Origin: Hyphochytrium catenoides | Taxonomy: Eukaryota > Protista > Hyphochytriomycota | Direction of reading: 5' to 3' | Length of the DNA: 64,000 nt | Assembly (NCBI GenBank): GCA_900088475.1 | Contig: FLMG01001010.1 | Location: 238,959 to 302,958, forward strand | Shown here: piece after piece, positions 12,901-27,900 of the stretch | Position numbering within the stretch: position 1 is the first letter of the stretch | Layout of the letters: the number at the start of each line of letters is the position of its first letter | Notes under the pieces: model-generated | Told to the model about the DNA's origin: nothing | The model's database searches: none | What the model saw: only the letters and a program-made list of their open reading frames with translations | Made by a program: the position numbers and the translations under genes

Positions 12901-15900
12901 GAGATAACGGAATTATCCATTCTTAGAAGAAGAAAGGCAAGGTGGGTGTCGGGCACGTTGCAGGCGCAAAGTATCAATTTGACATAAGGGCTCACCGAAC
13001 ACCACCCAGACTGCGACAGGATGCTGGAAATTTTATCCAGTTCTGGAATGATGGACCTATCCTTTACCGAGTCAAGGATAGAGTGGATCAAGGTCCAAAC
13101 AAGGGAAACACGTCATTTCTCGTTATCCGGGTTGTGTCCAATATCATACCTCCAGCCCTTGCATCCGTAATGGCAAGGTATGGCCACCGCGTTTTAGCAC
13201 TATCAAGACCTGGAGTTGGCGGCCTCTATCTCACCGAGTCTCTCTGGATTTGCGGTATTTGGACCCATAGAGTCCGCCTTACGTGACTTGTTCCCATGCT
13301 CATGTCACAGACTACCTGTCAATGGTCTCAGACCTCGGAAACAGGGCCGCGAGAAGGTTGCACTGGCCGTAATTGCAAGACTTGTATCGCTTCAAGTTCT
13401 TGCTGATTACTTCTTGAATGCAGCAAGAAGGATCCAGAGCCGGATCAGATCTCTGGTTAGTGGCTTTCTGGGTATCCTTTAACCTGTCAGTTGCGTGAAT
13501 TCATGGTGGATTCTATGGCGCTGTGAACGCCTGTCATTCCCGTTCAAGATTTCTTTCCTCCTGACCGCCTATTTGTCAGTATTTATTATCCTTCTTGTTC
13601 CCCTGCTCCGTGCACAGCTCAGGAGTGAACACATATTTGAAACTCCAATCTCCCCATTTTCCAGAAAGTTTGCGGCTTCTAACTGCACGCCCTAAACAGG
13701 TACCGGAAAGGGCACAATTTTATAGAGCCGGACAAGACATTGCAAGAAATATGGACCGACCATCGCCTGCTATTCCATCAAATTTTGATGGATGCGGTAG
13801 GAAGGAGAGCCTAAACCCCTTTGACATCAACGTACGATTGGATGTCCAAATAGGACGTATAGACACGTACCTCCCGTCTCGTATAGTACTCTGCCTTCCT
13901 AAGATAACCATCACTCCGGCGGTAGGTAAGTGGTGTGTAAGTGCTAGACAAGAAATAACGGCATCCGAAGGTGCAACTTTTCCGTAGGGAATGTTACTAA
14001 TGTCTAAATATCACTTGGTACAGCTGACAAAGATCTGGACTGCCATCTCCTGTCGATCGCTGCGGAGCTGGATGGTATAGCAGTTGGAATGTTCTATCCC
14101 GCTGACAGGAAGCCTGGCATCAGCATTGGTATGGAGAGTATAAGCACTAATGACTGACGGTTACTCGTTGTTTCTCACTATCAGGAGCTCTTTTTGAACT
14201 ATCAGCGTATTCACGGTCTAATGACTGAACCTTTAGTTGTTATACATACGATAAACCTGATAGCATCTCAATTTGATCTTCCTAACACTCCCGTTACTCG
14301 ACTAGGCACTAGACTTTTACCGGATGACTGGATTATTTCTCCCTTTTCAGTATCATGCACTGTGAGGATGATGGAACCCGTCGCAGAGAAGCCTCTGGAA
14401 CTACGTTCATCATTCTTAGTAACAGATTGGATTGTAAAGCTCTCAAGACCTAAGGTGAGACTATCTGTGTTCCTCCCTCTACCTATCTTTCCAAGCATTC
14501 TCTACAAGGCTATGCTCACCTTCCCGTACTTGCCCAGCTTATTTTTCTGACGGGCTGCCTTCGAGGATTACGATCTGGACCTGCGGCATCCTCAAGTAAG
14601 ATGGACGGTTTGGGGGCCGTTTGACTGTTTAAATCGTGTGCCATCTTCCCAATTTGCTAGTTAGAACTCACTTCCTGCAAAATACTCAGCAGAGGATCGA
14701 GAAGCATTTGATACATCGGGCAAGGTTGACAATTGGGTCTCTTGGCTGGTAGATGCCAAGCTCCGGCTTGGAACTATTAACTTAAGCATGTGGGTCTTAG
14801 CTACTGAATGTCTCAGTCCGTAAGATGGCAAGGGTTGTGAAACCTTCTCCACAGTCTTTGCCTTGTGTATGCCTTTCTTTTGCCATAAAGGTCACTGACG
14901 CTTCATAATGAACAATTTAGCTTGCTCCCTCAGGGGCCGAGTCCTGCCAGCAGTAGAAGTAAAGAGCTTAAGGCTGAAGTATCTTCAGTTTCAATCGGCT
15001 NNNNNNNNNNNNNNNNNNNNNNNNNNNNNNNNNNNNNNNNNNNNNNNNNNNNNNNNTCTACCGCCACACAGTGTCTCTTTGTTGAACACAGCCTTAAGAG
15101 GAGTGCCAGCTACCACCTCCCATAATCCAATGGGCCCTGACATCTCAGCGATCTTGCCTATTATTTGTACTTCCGCCAACTCGCAGCTTTCGAGCAATCC
15201 TGCGCTGGTGTGTGGCGTCTTTTTCTCACGCTACACTGCTCCTCCTTTGAATCAAGTGCTTTTGGATCAAAATCGACGCCAAGAAGTCGAGACGTTGCCA
15301 TGTAGAGAGAATGCGAAGGTCATCGCCAAACTGCTCACTATAAGAGCCCAGCTTCCCCCCATTGATATCTTTTTACCTCCGACCCTCCTGACATCTCTTT
15401 TGGAGCTTGTGCCCAACATGGCGGAACGTAAAGATCGTACACAGCGCGATGAGGGCGAAGTATCAGTCAGGGTAATAGTACCACCTTCAATTTTTTCTCC
15501 TTGGATCTACTACTTCTCGGCTTCTTTCGTTCACAATATACTCCTATAGCACACGAGAGTCTTTTGTCTTTGTGCTGTTCTCTTAGTTGCTGAGGTTTAG
15601 AACGTTTCCTTCTCGTAGCCCATCGTCTCAGATGGCTTCCGACTGTTTTAACTAACATGCTGGACTTCAGCTCTCTGAAAAGCCGGAAGAGGGCAGACCC
15701 AGCAGTAGCAAGACGTTGCTAATTCTACCAAACTTCACCTTAGAAGGTCTCCGTCTATTTATCCCTTCCACGACGTTAGATGAGGAGCGTATGTGCTTGC
15801 CCTTCAAGAGGGCACTGCTGCTTGGCTTATCGCGATTAAAGTGCATTGCTACGCATGAACCTACGGATTCTCTCTCGGATTCAACCCACGGCTTACTGGC

Positions 15901-18900
15901 AACTAGGGTGGCACTCACGATGGGTAAGATGGAAATTTGCGAAGCGCATATTAGCAGAAAGGTACTTCCAGATCCNNNNNNNNNNNNNNNNNNNNNNNNN
16001 NNNNNNNNNNNNNNNNNNNNNNNNNNNNNNNNNNNNNNNNNNGACTATTGTGCACCCTTTAGCTTTTGCACTTGAGGTAGAGCAGAGCGTTTTTCGACAG
16101 AAAGGAAGAGGGACCAGACAAAGCTCAGATCTGAGGTCGGTTAGTTCTTGCCTACCCACGTACCTAGGGACTATTTAGTACTCTAGGACTGATGTGTTCA
16201 ATTACGTTTCTCGTTTTGCAAAGACCTTTCGATGCGCCTCTTTTAAACTCTGTTAGTTTTGATTTCCACAGGAGTTTGGGTTGGACGGCTGCGTCTGTTC
16301 CAGTCATACATCTGTTGTTGTCACGATGATAGAGGATATGCCAATCGTCGCACACCTTACTCTCCCTCATACCTAAATCCTCCCACATGCTGCTCTTCTC
16401 AGGTTGGATATAGAAACAACAATTACGGCTTGTGTTCCTCCTATAGAGGTGAGATTAAGGGAAAGTCAGCTGGAATGGCTGACTACCGAAGTATATCAGT
16501 TCAGTGGCAGAAACGTTGGCCCAAGCGGAAGGGCTAAGGTACAAAGAGAAAGGAAGGCAAAAGAAAGTGATAAAGGCGAGGAGATAGTAACAGCATCGAA
16601 TGCCACGGTATCTCACTCATCCAAGCTCACAGTTGAGATGGAAGGCTGCCATGTTGAGGTGAGCGGCGTGAGTAAGGTCCCGTTTTGCCATGCTAAAATC
16701 TACTAACGGTCTTGCCAACTCTAGCTTCTTGCTGATGGAAAGGCGACAGAGACGGAGAGCTTAGAAAGCCCTACCATGGAACCATGGCCTTTGATGAGTC
16801 TCAAGGTTGGAGACACTTGCTTCAGCGCAGGCGAGCAGGGCCTCATCTCCGTAGAAAGTGTCGAACTTCAGATTTTGCGGCCGGATGAAGACTGTCCTTC
16901 CCCCCACGATATCGATGGCTCGCTGATATTTCCTTTTGGCTCACTCTGCCCTTTCTTTAGCTTGAAAGGGTCGAGAGAGCTACCCTTCCTCTCTGTAAGA
17001 TGGTCTACTACAATCGGGTGTGGCGAGAGGATCACGGAGTCTCAAGACGCACGTAAAGAGGCATTGGTAGAGCTTCAATTCGTCAAATTCTGGCTCTGGC
17101 CATACGCACTATTTCTCATCTCTCGGTTGCTGCGGAGCGTCTCTTTTCTCTCGCAAGCATCGCCCAACCGAGCAGGTTGGGAGGCTGGGAACTGCAGCGA
17201 GTACGAACTGACCAGACCCGAAGAAAGGAAAGCAGAAGCGGGCAGAATCTCTCTATTTAGCTCTATCAAGGCCTCCATTAATGGCATAGGAATTCACATG
17301 TCCCAAGATACCATGAACAAAGACCGAGAGGAAATCAGCATCAACATGGAAGATCTCTTCTTTATCTACTCTTCCTTGTCCTCACCGCCGGCTGAGTCCT
17401 GGCAGGTTGATAGCAGGAAAGATATGCGAGTTGTTAATGATGGGACTCTTTCACTCTCTTTGAATGGGTTTGCAGTACGAATTATACCTCTTTCTCAACG
17501 TTTGGTAGAGAGAACTGGCGCTCGCCTCACTGGCACTTGCAGTTCCATACTCCAGGCAAGTGGAAGACCTAGACCTTTTTTCTCATTTAACAGATTTGGG
17601 CTCTTTCTGTCTCATTTGTGTTCTTCTGGTCAGGATCTTTTAACTCCGGTTGCCATAAGCAAACTTGTCTCGGAACTCGGTGCATAATTAGAATTCCGTA
17701 ACAGGCAGAAGGAGAAAGGAAACCAATCTTCAGAAATATCAGTGGCGAACTTGAGATTATGCCCATAACTGTAGCTATCAGTCCTGAGCACATCTCTTAC
17801 GTATTTTCAACAGTCCAGAGCTTCCAAAGTGCTTTTGAGAAAGGTAAGGGTAAGCCTAACACTCGCTTGATCCTTGACAGGAAGCTCGGTGGCCCGCTTT
17901 CCCGAGAGCCTTCATCTGTTAGTAACCGCTTGGTTGACCTCTATATGAAACGTTAGCAGCCCAGAGCTCGCTTCCAGCTAATCGCTGGCATACAACAAGC
18001 CCTCGTGAAGGAAAAGGAAGAATTTGGCCCCGGGCCGTAATAGATACTAGCAGAGGTACTCTACCGGCGCTCTCCCAATACGTCATCCAAAGATGCAACC
18101 ACTTAAACGCTGTGTGCCAGGACCTTCTAAGCTAGTCGAGAGCACAGCCGAAAGAAATGATCTGGCTGATATGCAACGGAGCGATCATGGTGGACTTCCT
18201 AGAATGGGCGCGCTTACTCTAACAGAAGCACCTTTCGATGAGAAAGAGGTAGTATTCGCCTTCACCGGCCAATGGTTGGAGAGATGACCACCCTCTCGCT
18301 TTATGTTGCCGACACTCTTGCTCTGGACACATCACACATGAACTCTGAGACCCTGTAAATTCTGCTCCATAGATTGTACTGTATAAGGACGGAATTGTTC
18401 AAATCCAAGAGGAATTCCCTGGGATTGACTGGGATACTTTAGAAGTCGGGAGTCTCGTTAAGAGCCACATCAAGGTAAAAGGAGTGGCGGCTACCACGTC
18501 AAGCATACGCTCTCTTTTCAATATAGAGGGTTCTTACGAAGAAATTCGGATAGTTTGTCTTCTACATTCCACTATGGGGACTTGCCGCCTTTAGGTCAGG
18601 CATATGCATTGGCTTACTCATATGACACAGGATATGGCGCCAGACGTCAGTCAATCGCAGCTATCTCCCATGGACAGGAGGTCTTTGAAGTGGTGTGGCG
18701 TGAGGTGGAGGTATCCCGTACCCAGGCGTGCTGAAATGTGTATGTGCAACCCTTTGCCTTTACCCAAAGCGGCAGTACCCAGAACAGCTCTTGGGTATGT
18801 GTCACGTGATTGGTCCGTGATCGTGATTAGTCAGAATTATGACGGTCCAGTTCTGTAGTTCACTCTCTTGTTGTTAAACCTCCTTGGTGCGACGTTTTGA

Positions 18901-21900
18901 GTCAGTAGCAGCACAGCTCCTGCTTCAAATTAAGGGCCATCGCCTCTCTGCAAGCTTCTCAGTCTCTTGACGCTGCCCGCTACCACTGCACAGGGTTCAC
19001 CTACCCACTGTTGGTGCTGAGGACATTTTTCGGACGTCCATCATATGTCAGTTGCGGTGCTGGAACGATATTGAGAGGAGATTGATGCCTCTCGCAACCT
19101 TACTGGTAGGACGAACGTCCTCGGCAATGAGAATGTCTTATATGGTGCCTGGACGCCAGAAGTATTCGACAACGTAGCTTAGCGGCCACGTTATCAAGTC
19201 TTTAGCCCAATGCACACTAGCCCTTCACCTGGCCTGACAGGCCCCTCTCTTTGCCCCTTACCGATAGGTTCCCTTGGATGAACGTCTATTGGCAGCCGAG
19301 AAGCGTATCTCGGGGTATGGCTTTGCAGATGCGTTGGCGGCCTTCGTGGATTCGGGACAAGGAGCCGAGTCCAGGGAGGGCGTGCAGCAGGGGTGGCGGA
19401 AGTTTCTCCTCGATTCTCCTCCGTCGCCTGAATGGGAGCTTCTGTGGCTGGCGCCAGAAGAGCTGCAAAAGAGCGAGGTCAGGAGACAAATTTGCCTTAT
19501 TCTTTGATCTCCTCCTGGATATGCCCATCTCCGTGATCTCGCGGTGTAACAATGATGACGGATCTGCTGGGACTGATGCACCTCATATTTATCATCCAAA
19601 CTTACCACAGGCACTGGCCGTGACCACCCTCCTGCTTTCCTCCATCTCGGTTTCATCTGCTTTCCATCTCGAAGATTACCCTAGACTTAGCCTTTCAATT
19701 GTCTTGGAGGGGATCGAACTCCATGGCCTCGGGAGCGCGAAAGTCTGCAGGTTCTCTCCAAAAACGTGCCTTTGGTCCTTATGTCGTTCCGCCTCGCTCA
19801 CGCTTTGGAACATTATCTATCCATCCAGGCTAAAGAAGTACGAAATCACAGATACTCAAACGGTACGGACCCCCGAGTTCAATGACTTCACCTCTCTGAG
19901 CCATCTATAATCTTTTATGAGCTTTCCAGCTTTTCACAAGGAGTAATACTTGGCCTAATTATCTCTTCTAACACTGTAGCGTCCGAAGAAGATGCTTGCC
20001 ATTCGCTTTTCGGAGCTCGATGTTCAGCTCAGGACATTTGCGTCCTCTGAGAGTTCGAACTTAAGCAAAGGTTCTAAGCACACATATGAACCTCCATAGT
20101 TTCTTCCTTCCGAAACACGCTCCTTCCGTAAATAGGTCAATTTTGGTTTCCCCCCACAAGAAGCGAATGCTTTCTTCTACGTCATTGGCTCCTCGTCAAG
20201 TCCAGATTAACCCATGTAGCTGTTATACGATTGATACTCTTACCTCACTCTTTGCTACCTGTATTGCTGCTGCCCTAGACCATGTGGATCTTGCCATCGC
20301 TGTACAGACGGAGATATCCGTGAGTGCGTACAGATTGAAGGACATGACGGAGATCGTCTTTCTTGATCCTGCCTCGTTTACGCTGATCATCCAAAAGAAT
20401 AAGAAGACGGCAGAGGAAAGAAGACTATATATCTCGCTTAAAGTCGACGTCTTAGCCTTCAACGTCAGCACCACCTCCATCCTCTCAGTGCAGCATCTTA
20501 TAACCTCGTACTCCAAAATTCCGAAAACGGGAATGGCAAAAGACGGATGCATGTTTGAGGAGGAGCGGATAGTCCTGGTGAACTTGACGGGAAACGCTTT
20601 ATGGTACTTTGCACCCCTATCCTTCAGAGATTGACCGGGTCAACCCTTTGTTGATTGCCAAGAACCTTCGAGCCTGCGTTCACTCAGTACTTCCTGGTCT
20701 ACTGGTTACTTCTTCGGCTTAACAGCTTCTTTGCCCATAGGTACGGCCAAAATATGACAAGCGAAGCTTTGCACTTAGCTTCGGGGTCGAGTCAAAGCTA
20801 CTCTTGGCGGACTATTGCTTATCAAGAAAGGCTCCGCTTTGCATTAGACAGCGCCAGAGTCCCCGGTAAGAGTAATGCAGAGAGGAAAATTAGGCACCTG
20901 GACCTATCTTTTTGAAAGCAACAGGAGGAACGGGAGAAGTGGGGGAAGGGAAAGGGGGTAGGGCTTACGGACACTTGAAAAGCGTCAAGAGTAAACATTC
21001 GTGGAAGTATTCTCGGCCGGCCTTATAGGCTAGTAGCTGACATAATCCTCGCAGGCACCCCGGGCGTGTGGTCTGAGCCTGTCTCTGTCGCCAATCCTTC
21101 CTCTCTCCAACGAGTGCAGCTGCATTATGACGGTACTTCAACAAGCTCAGCTTATTCCTCCCTTGTAGAAGCGTTTGCGGGCCCGCAGATTTGCTTTATG
21201 TGGCTGAAAGTCCAGGATCATGGGTTGCAGAAGCACATATTACTTCGCAGCAGTCTTACTATCTCATCCTTGTTGGACCTCCCGGTAACTGTTACCCTCG
21301 GTTGGACCCTAACTAAGGAAGAACAAAGTCAACCGTTGGACTTGACAGATAAGAACCCAATCGAGCCTAGCGCACGTGCGCCACCGGATGAGGATGAAAT
21401 TACAGCCGACCGCCTTGCGCGACAGGTGAGCTTTGAACTTGCGGAACTCCAACCTTCAACAGAAGAAGGCGCATCTTTCTATCAGAGGCTCAGAGGCAAC
21501 ATTCAAACGACGTGTGGCCCTCTCGAAAGCAGCAGATACAGACTTGAGAGAGATGAGAGAACAATCCCCTCCGCTGGAACTACATCGAACCCAGCGGAGG
21601 CCCGATCATCTACGTTGACATCCTCTTCAAGAGCAACTGTATCTCCCACCGAGTTCTCTGGACCTTCAACCGTCATTGCGTGGGACTCTGACGTTCCATG
21701 TGAGTATGCTTGCAGAGAATGCAGGCGGGCGCACGTGATGCTTCCAACTGAGGACGTGAGACAAGAAGGAGGCAAATCCCTCATCTTCTCCATCCAATTA
21801 CTGCACAGCCAAGTCCAAAACAACGAAGAAAGGATAGTTCCCTTTGCTTCTATACCTATGCCCGTGAAGATTCCCTGTCGAGCACTCCAAACCTGCGCAG

Positions 21901-24900
21901 AGAGTCAAGGTAGCTCACACGATTGCCGTCGAAGATGTCGCAACCTAACGTCAATGTGAAGTCTTAGAATACCCTCACCTAGTCCAAGACAACGACTGCA
22001 ACCTCGCTTTTCCTGGAGGCTTTGCGGTCTTGACCCAGCTGACAGCACAAACAATCGTAGCAACAGAGGAAATCCAGGGCGATAGAGAGAAAGAAAGGGA
22101 GCTATGGGTCTGGGTAATCTTCAGGAGAGTTTCTTCTGCAGGTCGGTGGTCCGATATATTGAACGTTAAGGGGCCAAGCAAAGACTAACACCATGTCATC
22201 AGAGGCTTGCGGAGACCCATTGCCTCAGTCAACAGTGTTCGAAGCTAATGTGGGTTCACCTGCGTTGTGGTCCTGGATGAGTATTGAGGTGGGTTTTCTA
22301 AAAGCATGCTTTACTTCCATTTGTGGCCCCCGCCCTCCTGATCTGTATGATTCACTGCTCCTACTAACTTGCTCCCGGTAAAACCTCAGATTTGGCCGAC
22401 GGTCACAGTCCTCTCTCCCCCGGAGATCAAGGCGCAATATGCCTTTGCCTCAATGAGGTACGTAGGGTTAAAGCATGACTTCACCTCTTACGCTCAATTC
22501 TACCCTTGATGTGTGTGTGCAGTGAGTCGCAAGTGGGTGATGATCATATCCGTCCCTACACCCAGTTAAGCTTGCCACTTCATTCGTCCGTATCCCTCCG
22601 TCTGATTGAGTTGAATGAAGAGAACGAGAAAGAGCAACATCGTACTTTGGCAAGGGTTCTATTTCCTTCATTCTCCTCGCTATCGACTATCTTTTTGAAC
22701 TTCCCAGCGGCTGGGGAGTTAGAGGATGTCAAGGAGATGGAGAAGCCCACGACTAGGCCGATAATCTCTTTGGCCAGGGATCTGTCCTCCTGTGGGCCCA
22801 CCACTTACCTAGTGGTACAGATGCAAATAGAGGTAATGGTGGTAGCGTGAAGGGAGCGTCAATCCTCCTCTTGATACCTGCATAATTCACTACTCCTTTT
22901 CACTCCTATGCAGTCCCCCTATTCCTACCAGCCCTAAACCCTACGCAATCAGCATCTGATGTGTCTGCCGTCAGGCTGATGGCCATTAACCCCTTTGATG
23001 TCTAGATTGTGAACAAAAGCGACCTGAACCTTACCGTCATGGCAGAAAATAGTAACTTCAAGAAAGGCTCTCCAGGTGGGTATGGACTAGCCCGACTTGG
23101 TGAACGGCATCTAGGCTATGACACATTAATTCAATCTGAACGTGATCTCGCTCTTTGTTCCTTCACCGTTCCGTTTTTCTAGTTGTCATACTGAAGGGAG
23201 AGCGAGACTTCATACCTTTGGACGGCGATGGCAAAGAGACCAAACTTTTCGTGGCTATCCATACGTATGTCCTGTCCTTGTGGCTGGATACTTTCTTATG
23301 TTTCAGACTATCTTTTGCCTCCAGTCAATTATTTAATTGGTGTCACAGCTAGTGCAGTTCGACCACAACCCGTCCTTTAGTTCCGTACTTTCCTATCTTC
23401 CTATGTTCGACATAGCCTTCTTGTCAATTGAGCAATCCCTGTGTCTCTAGCTAATATTTTTATTCGAAGGGCGGAGGCCAAATGGTCGGAAGGTATATCG
23501 GTTGGTCAGGACTGCGTAGTGTTCTTAGTGCCCGCTGAAACTGACCGGAGGATCTTCTACCCATTGACAGCGCTCACTGAGCTGTCAGTGACTGGTAACC
23601 ATGCATAAGGCTACCTCTGTGAAAATTGTTTACTTTACTAACTGTCATCTCTTTGGCACGGACGTGCCCGTGCTTGAGATATTTGTCTAAAATGTGCAGT
23701 GCGTCCCATCTCACACCTTGTCGGTTAGGTCCTGCAAGGGTGACAGTACAGATTAGTTCGCGCATAATGCTCTGCAATACCACCGACATGAGCCTGTCTC
23801 TTTCCAGTCCGCTTGAGCCTACTTTCACTGTCATAAAGCCAGGCCATTCTATTGCACTACCTGTGCAGGAGGAGACTCATGACCTTCGAACTCAAAATGA
23901 CAGGAGTAATAAGGTCCAGTAGGAGATCTGTTAGGAGCAGATTTAACTGTGCTTCCAACCAATAGCATTAGCAGACTGATTAGTCACTTGATCCGCTTTC
24001 TGTCTTGTCTTTACAGAGATTTTTAGGAAGCTTTTCCCGCTTTTCGGGCTCGATACCACTGGAAAAGCAGTCGAGACTGCAGGTGCCTACCTACAGAATG
24101 AGCTTCACAGAGCGAGAAGACAATCCAAGGCCAGTTAGCGAGATGCAGTCAGGCCCTGTCTCCCTTATCCCTTCCGATATCCGGGTGCTGCTGGAGAGCA
24201 ACAGAGGTAGCCCCTCATACTTCATTTGACTCGCCCATGCTTTCTCACTGATTGCTTCTACCTGGCCCTGATTTTGTGATCCACAAATTCTTGCCGCATC
24301 ACAGAAAAAAATTCCCCATCTAGTAGACCATCAGAGAGGAATAGAGTTCTGGTGCCCTGTCAACCACGAGCGCAGGTATGGCTCTTGTTGCAGTCATGAT
24401 GGGTGATCTTAGATTGTACTACATGTTATCCTTACTTTTGTCTCGCTGCGAAGTCAGATGACCATCCCCATTGGCGGATGGTCTGCACTTTACTTCACCC
24501 CATCGTCCGGAGGATCTGTCGTTGTGTTGCTAGTCCCTTCTTCTAGAACCTCTGGCCCCTCTGACGGATGACCCAAATCTTTTACCCTTGTGAGATAGGA
24601 TGTACTCTTAAGCTACGAACTCAAAAAGGTCTCAGGTTGTTACGCTGTAGTCCTTTTCATTGATCCCCTGCCGCCTACTGTGATTGAGAACATCTCAAGG
24701 TGACTGATTACAGAGCGATTGCGGAGAACTTTTTCTGACTCCCACCAGTAAATGAGTCCTATGAAGAATGGGAAAGTGGGATTAGGGGAGGAACGGCGAA
24801 CAATTCAAATGAAGGATTGTTAGGATGATACCTGACTCTTATAGTGTACTTCTTGTGTCGTAAATTGATGCTCTTGCAGGCAGCCCTTGGAAGTTGCTTT

Positions 24901-27900
24901 AGTTGGCGCCGAGAAGAGGAGCCAAATTATCCCAGGCAATACCTCCCTAGAGTATGATTGGGTCCTGCAGGTACAGAAGAGATTGTCAAAATACTTTCCC
25001 ATTATAACTGACAAGGCCGAACTGCATCGAAGATTGACAGGGAAGGTGGTGATCCTGTTGCAAAGAAAGGAAGAGGTGCGTCTTTCACGTACGAAGACTC
25101 TGAAGACAGGTATTGCATTCTTTCTTTCCTCTGTCTTTCATAAGCTTGCTGTCTTTATATATATATTAGCCATACATCCTCTAGTCGCTGTTTCAGCTAA
25201 TACCATATGCCGGACGTCTCTAGGAGAGCAGACGAGAGAAGGACGCTCGATACGATGTACCAAGTCCACAATTCGTTCCGTATTCGGAGGTCTGGATATG
25301 ATTGGTCCCAGCCCATTTGGGATGTCCCAGGCCTTCAGTTTGCCACTCTCCGAAAGGAAAGAGCCGGCAGAAGAGATGGTAGTGTTGATAACAGTAACGA
25401 CGTACCGCCAAGTAAGAACTTGATTGTGAGAGTCTTTCCGAGAGCTGGCACCTCCGTCATAGTTCTTGAAGAGTTGGATGAACCGAATACCTTCAGCAAA
25501 GAAGAGATTCTTTTATCAGCTGACCGTCAGTATGGAAGAGATTTTGAGAGGGAGACTACTCCTGTCGAATTCAGTTTGGAAGGTTAGTAGCCCTTGATGT
25601 CTCTAGTTGCGCTTGGCCCGTGGTATATTCGCGATCCCGAACGTTTCGATCGAACTCATATCTTTTTTTCTGAGTCCCCGCTAGTAATACTTCTTCGGTT
25701 CTTGCATAACCTCTGACGCTGTGACTACACGTCCTAACCTCAAATTTGCCACGCAGTATTGAATGTCAGCTTGAGCGTGTTTGACGAATTTCAAGGTTAT
25801 AGGCTGCCTGATGACGCTGCTCTCTTACCAGATAGTGGCGGTGCGTACCCCTTGAAAGATGCTTCACTTGGCTGCGTCTCTCAATTATGAAAAGCTGGAA
25901 AAGTTGACTCGTTGAGCTTCCTCGGAGACTTTTCCTCGTCTTTCACTTATGCCAGTAAAGGACCATGTCTTCTGCCTCTTACAATCATTGTCATGCTTGA
26001 GAACATGTGGCTGATCTCCAGATTGATGGGTCCACCACAAAACTCTGACACGCTTATGACCAATCTCTGCTTCTCTCTCGCAATGTTCCCTTCGAAATTA
26101 TGCAGTGGACAGCCGATATCTCACTCAGGACTTTTCACGCTCTCATGTGGGATGTATGCCGGAGCTCGTCCACCTATCTTTCGATAATCTGCGTACGACC
26201 ATTGTAGCCACGAATGCACCATTCAAGGAAATGCTGAAATCCGCAGCACTAGGTAAGAGGTCAAGATGCACATTGTAAACAAAAAGAAAAAGAGAAGGGA
26301 AATTTCGCAGAGAAGGGAGTATGGTTCTTGTGGCCTTGGTGGCGCGGCTGACAAGGCAGAGGAGAATCCCAAGTGGCCGAAGCTGCCTCGAATTAGTAGA
26401 AAGAAATTATGAAGAAACAAACGGGATCTTATGCAAAAGTCTGGCCCATACATCCGCACATGGCTGTGAAGCTTAAATATCCCAGGTTTTAATAGCGGCT
26501 ACCCTAAGCCCTGAGGAAGGGCACTTGGGAAAAGGCTAACTGATATTGTTTAGGGGAGCTTTGCCACGCTGGCGGCTTTCAATCACTGGATTTTAAGGTC
26601 GGTCGCCTCCAGCTGGATAACTACTATGGTAGCCCTTGCGTTATCCTTGCCCAGCACGCAGTGAGCAACGTTACATACAAAGGTATACAATTTACTAGGC
26701 TAATCCTTACTCCTATAGGAGCCTTCCGGATCGAAAGTCTGTTTTAATGTTGCCTCATCGCCCATACGCAGCTTCTCAGCTTTAAGCTTCGTAGTTCATT
26801 ACTGTCAATATGGCTCTTCTGACGTCTGCACTCTCCTGCATTCGTAGGGAATAGAGAAGTGCAGGACGAGCAACAGGCTGCCTTGTCTCTTTACGTCAGC
26901 CGCGTCGTACCTTGGCGAGCGACAGGCATGGAGGCCTACCTGTATAAGGTCGAAGTAGCTTTTCATCCCGTAGTCATTCAGGTAGGACCCAAAAGAGAGC
27001 TACAGCGAGGGGGGTGCTTGAACGAGTCTTATGTTGGCTTACATTTAGGTCGAAGATGAACTAGCGAGGAAGCTGTGGGAAAAGGCTCGCCCACTCGTTC
27101 AGAGTCTCTCGGCGCAGAACAGGCGTCTGAGAGCGTGGATACAAACTTCCGCTTCTGGTTTCCACGACACTCTTTCCAGAAAGGTCGAAGTCGGGCTGGG
27201 CATGATACCTACGGCAACGCTCCGTCATCAGCTGCGTCGTAGAATCTACGTGGAGCAGCTGGACATCTCAAGGCTTTCCGTAATCCTTACCGCCCGTTTG
27301 ACATATCCTATCTTCCTAGGTGAGTCCTTTCCTTGTCATTCCCAGCCTCAGTGTGGTGCGCTACGCCTTCAGTTACAGGCTCTATGCTTGTAAATCTCCG
27401 CATCTTACGTGCTACTTGACCCTCTTACACCGAGATCTACTCGTTCAATCCCCCAAGCAGCTACTAAGCAACACCCCCTCCCCCTCCTCCATAGGTGTGA
27501 CGAGGACCCCTCTCACATTCACACCCTTTCACCTAAGGCACCTTCACGCCTTTCCCGAGCAGCTACTGAAGGAGCTGGCAGCCAATTACGTAGCGGACGC
27601 CCTACTGGGTTCACCAGCGGTGGTTGGCTCGCTAGAACTCTTAGGCAACCCGACGTAAGCATATACCCTGATCTTAGGGTTAGCTTGTTTGCTGTATGCC
27701 GACGGTTTGTGCTCTAATCTAATTTGGCGGACACTGTATCGTTTCCCGTGCGTCCTGCCATAGCCCTGCCATCGTGTGGATGAAGGATGATTATGTTCGA
27801 TACTTTGTACAGCATGCAATGAGAGTGTTTCGGTTCATCGTTAGTGCTACTTCCTGCTTCCCGTTGACCCGACATATGACTATTGTGCCTAATCAGAATA